DNA of 38,206 bases from Gemmatimonadaceae bacterium (GTDB taxonomy: Bacteria; Gemmatimonadota; Gemmatimonadetes; Gemmatimonadales; Gemmatimonadaceae). Both the position numbers and the translations under genes were made by a program. This document shows, one piece after another, positions 38,179-38,206 of this stretch. Below the pieces are notes generated by a model that saw nothing but the letters and a program-made list of their open reading frames with translations, did not search any database and was not told where the DNA came from. Numbering within the stretch: position 1 is the stretch's first letter; every line of letters starts with the position of its first letter. The DNA lies in contig JANRJP010000121.1 in NCBI GenBank assembly GCA_033763905.1, positions 1 to 38,206 on the forward strand, read 5' to 3'.

Positions 38179-38206
38179 TGGGAGCTGGAACGGGGACCGC
38201 GCGACG

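Overview
A GC-rich core-genome region, almost entirely on the minus strand. The 16S sequence and gene content suggest Gemmatimonadota (inference, no database search run). It holds most of an rRNA operon (16S, a tRNA-less spacer, and 23S truncated at the window edge), three tRNAs (Pro-UGG, Arg-UCU, Lys-CUU) and about 30 tightly coupled housekeeping genes. In minus-strand transcription order these are: lipoprotein, serS, orphan histidine kinase, pcrA/uvrD, gatCAB; murA, pgeF; rimP, nusA, L7Ae, infB, rbfA, truB, ribF; secD, secF, tatD, fhs, ridA, DUF5683-like, murI; thioesterase, HEAT-cyclophilin, lipoprotein, lptE, rfaE2, rph, rdgB. Three genes lie on the plus strand: an LpxH-like phosphoesterase, a DUF948-like membrane protein and a Zn-dependent phospholipase C-like protein. 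No mobile element, CRISPR array or defence island is visible. The main oddities are an in-frame amber (TAG) codon inside an otherwise intact L7Ae/YlxQ gene whose extended frame couples to infB, a promoter/antiterminator/terminator switch in the rimP leader, a TatD lacking a canonical start codon near its motif, a Cys-to-Asp MurA, and an envelope operon with a possible LolB-like lipoprotein next to LptE.
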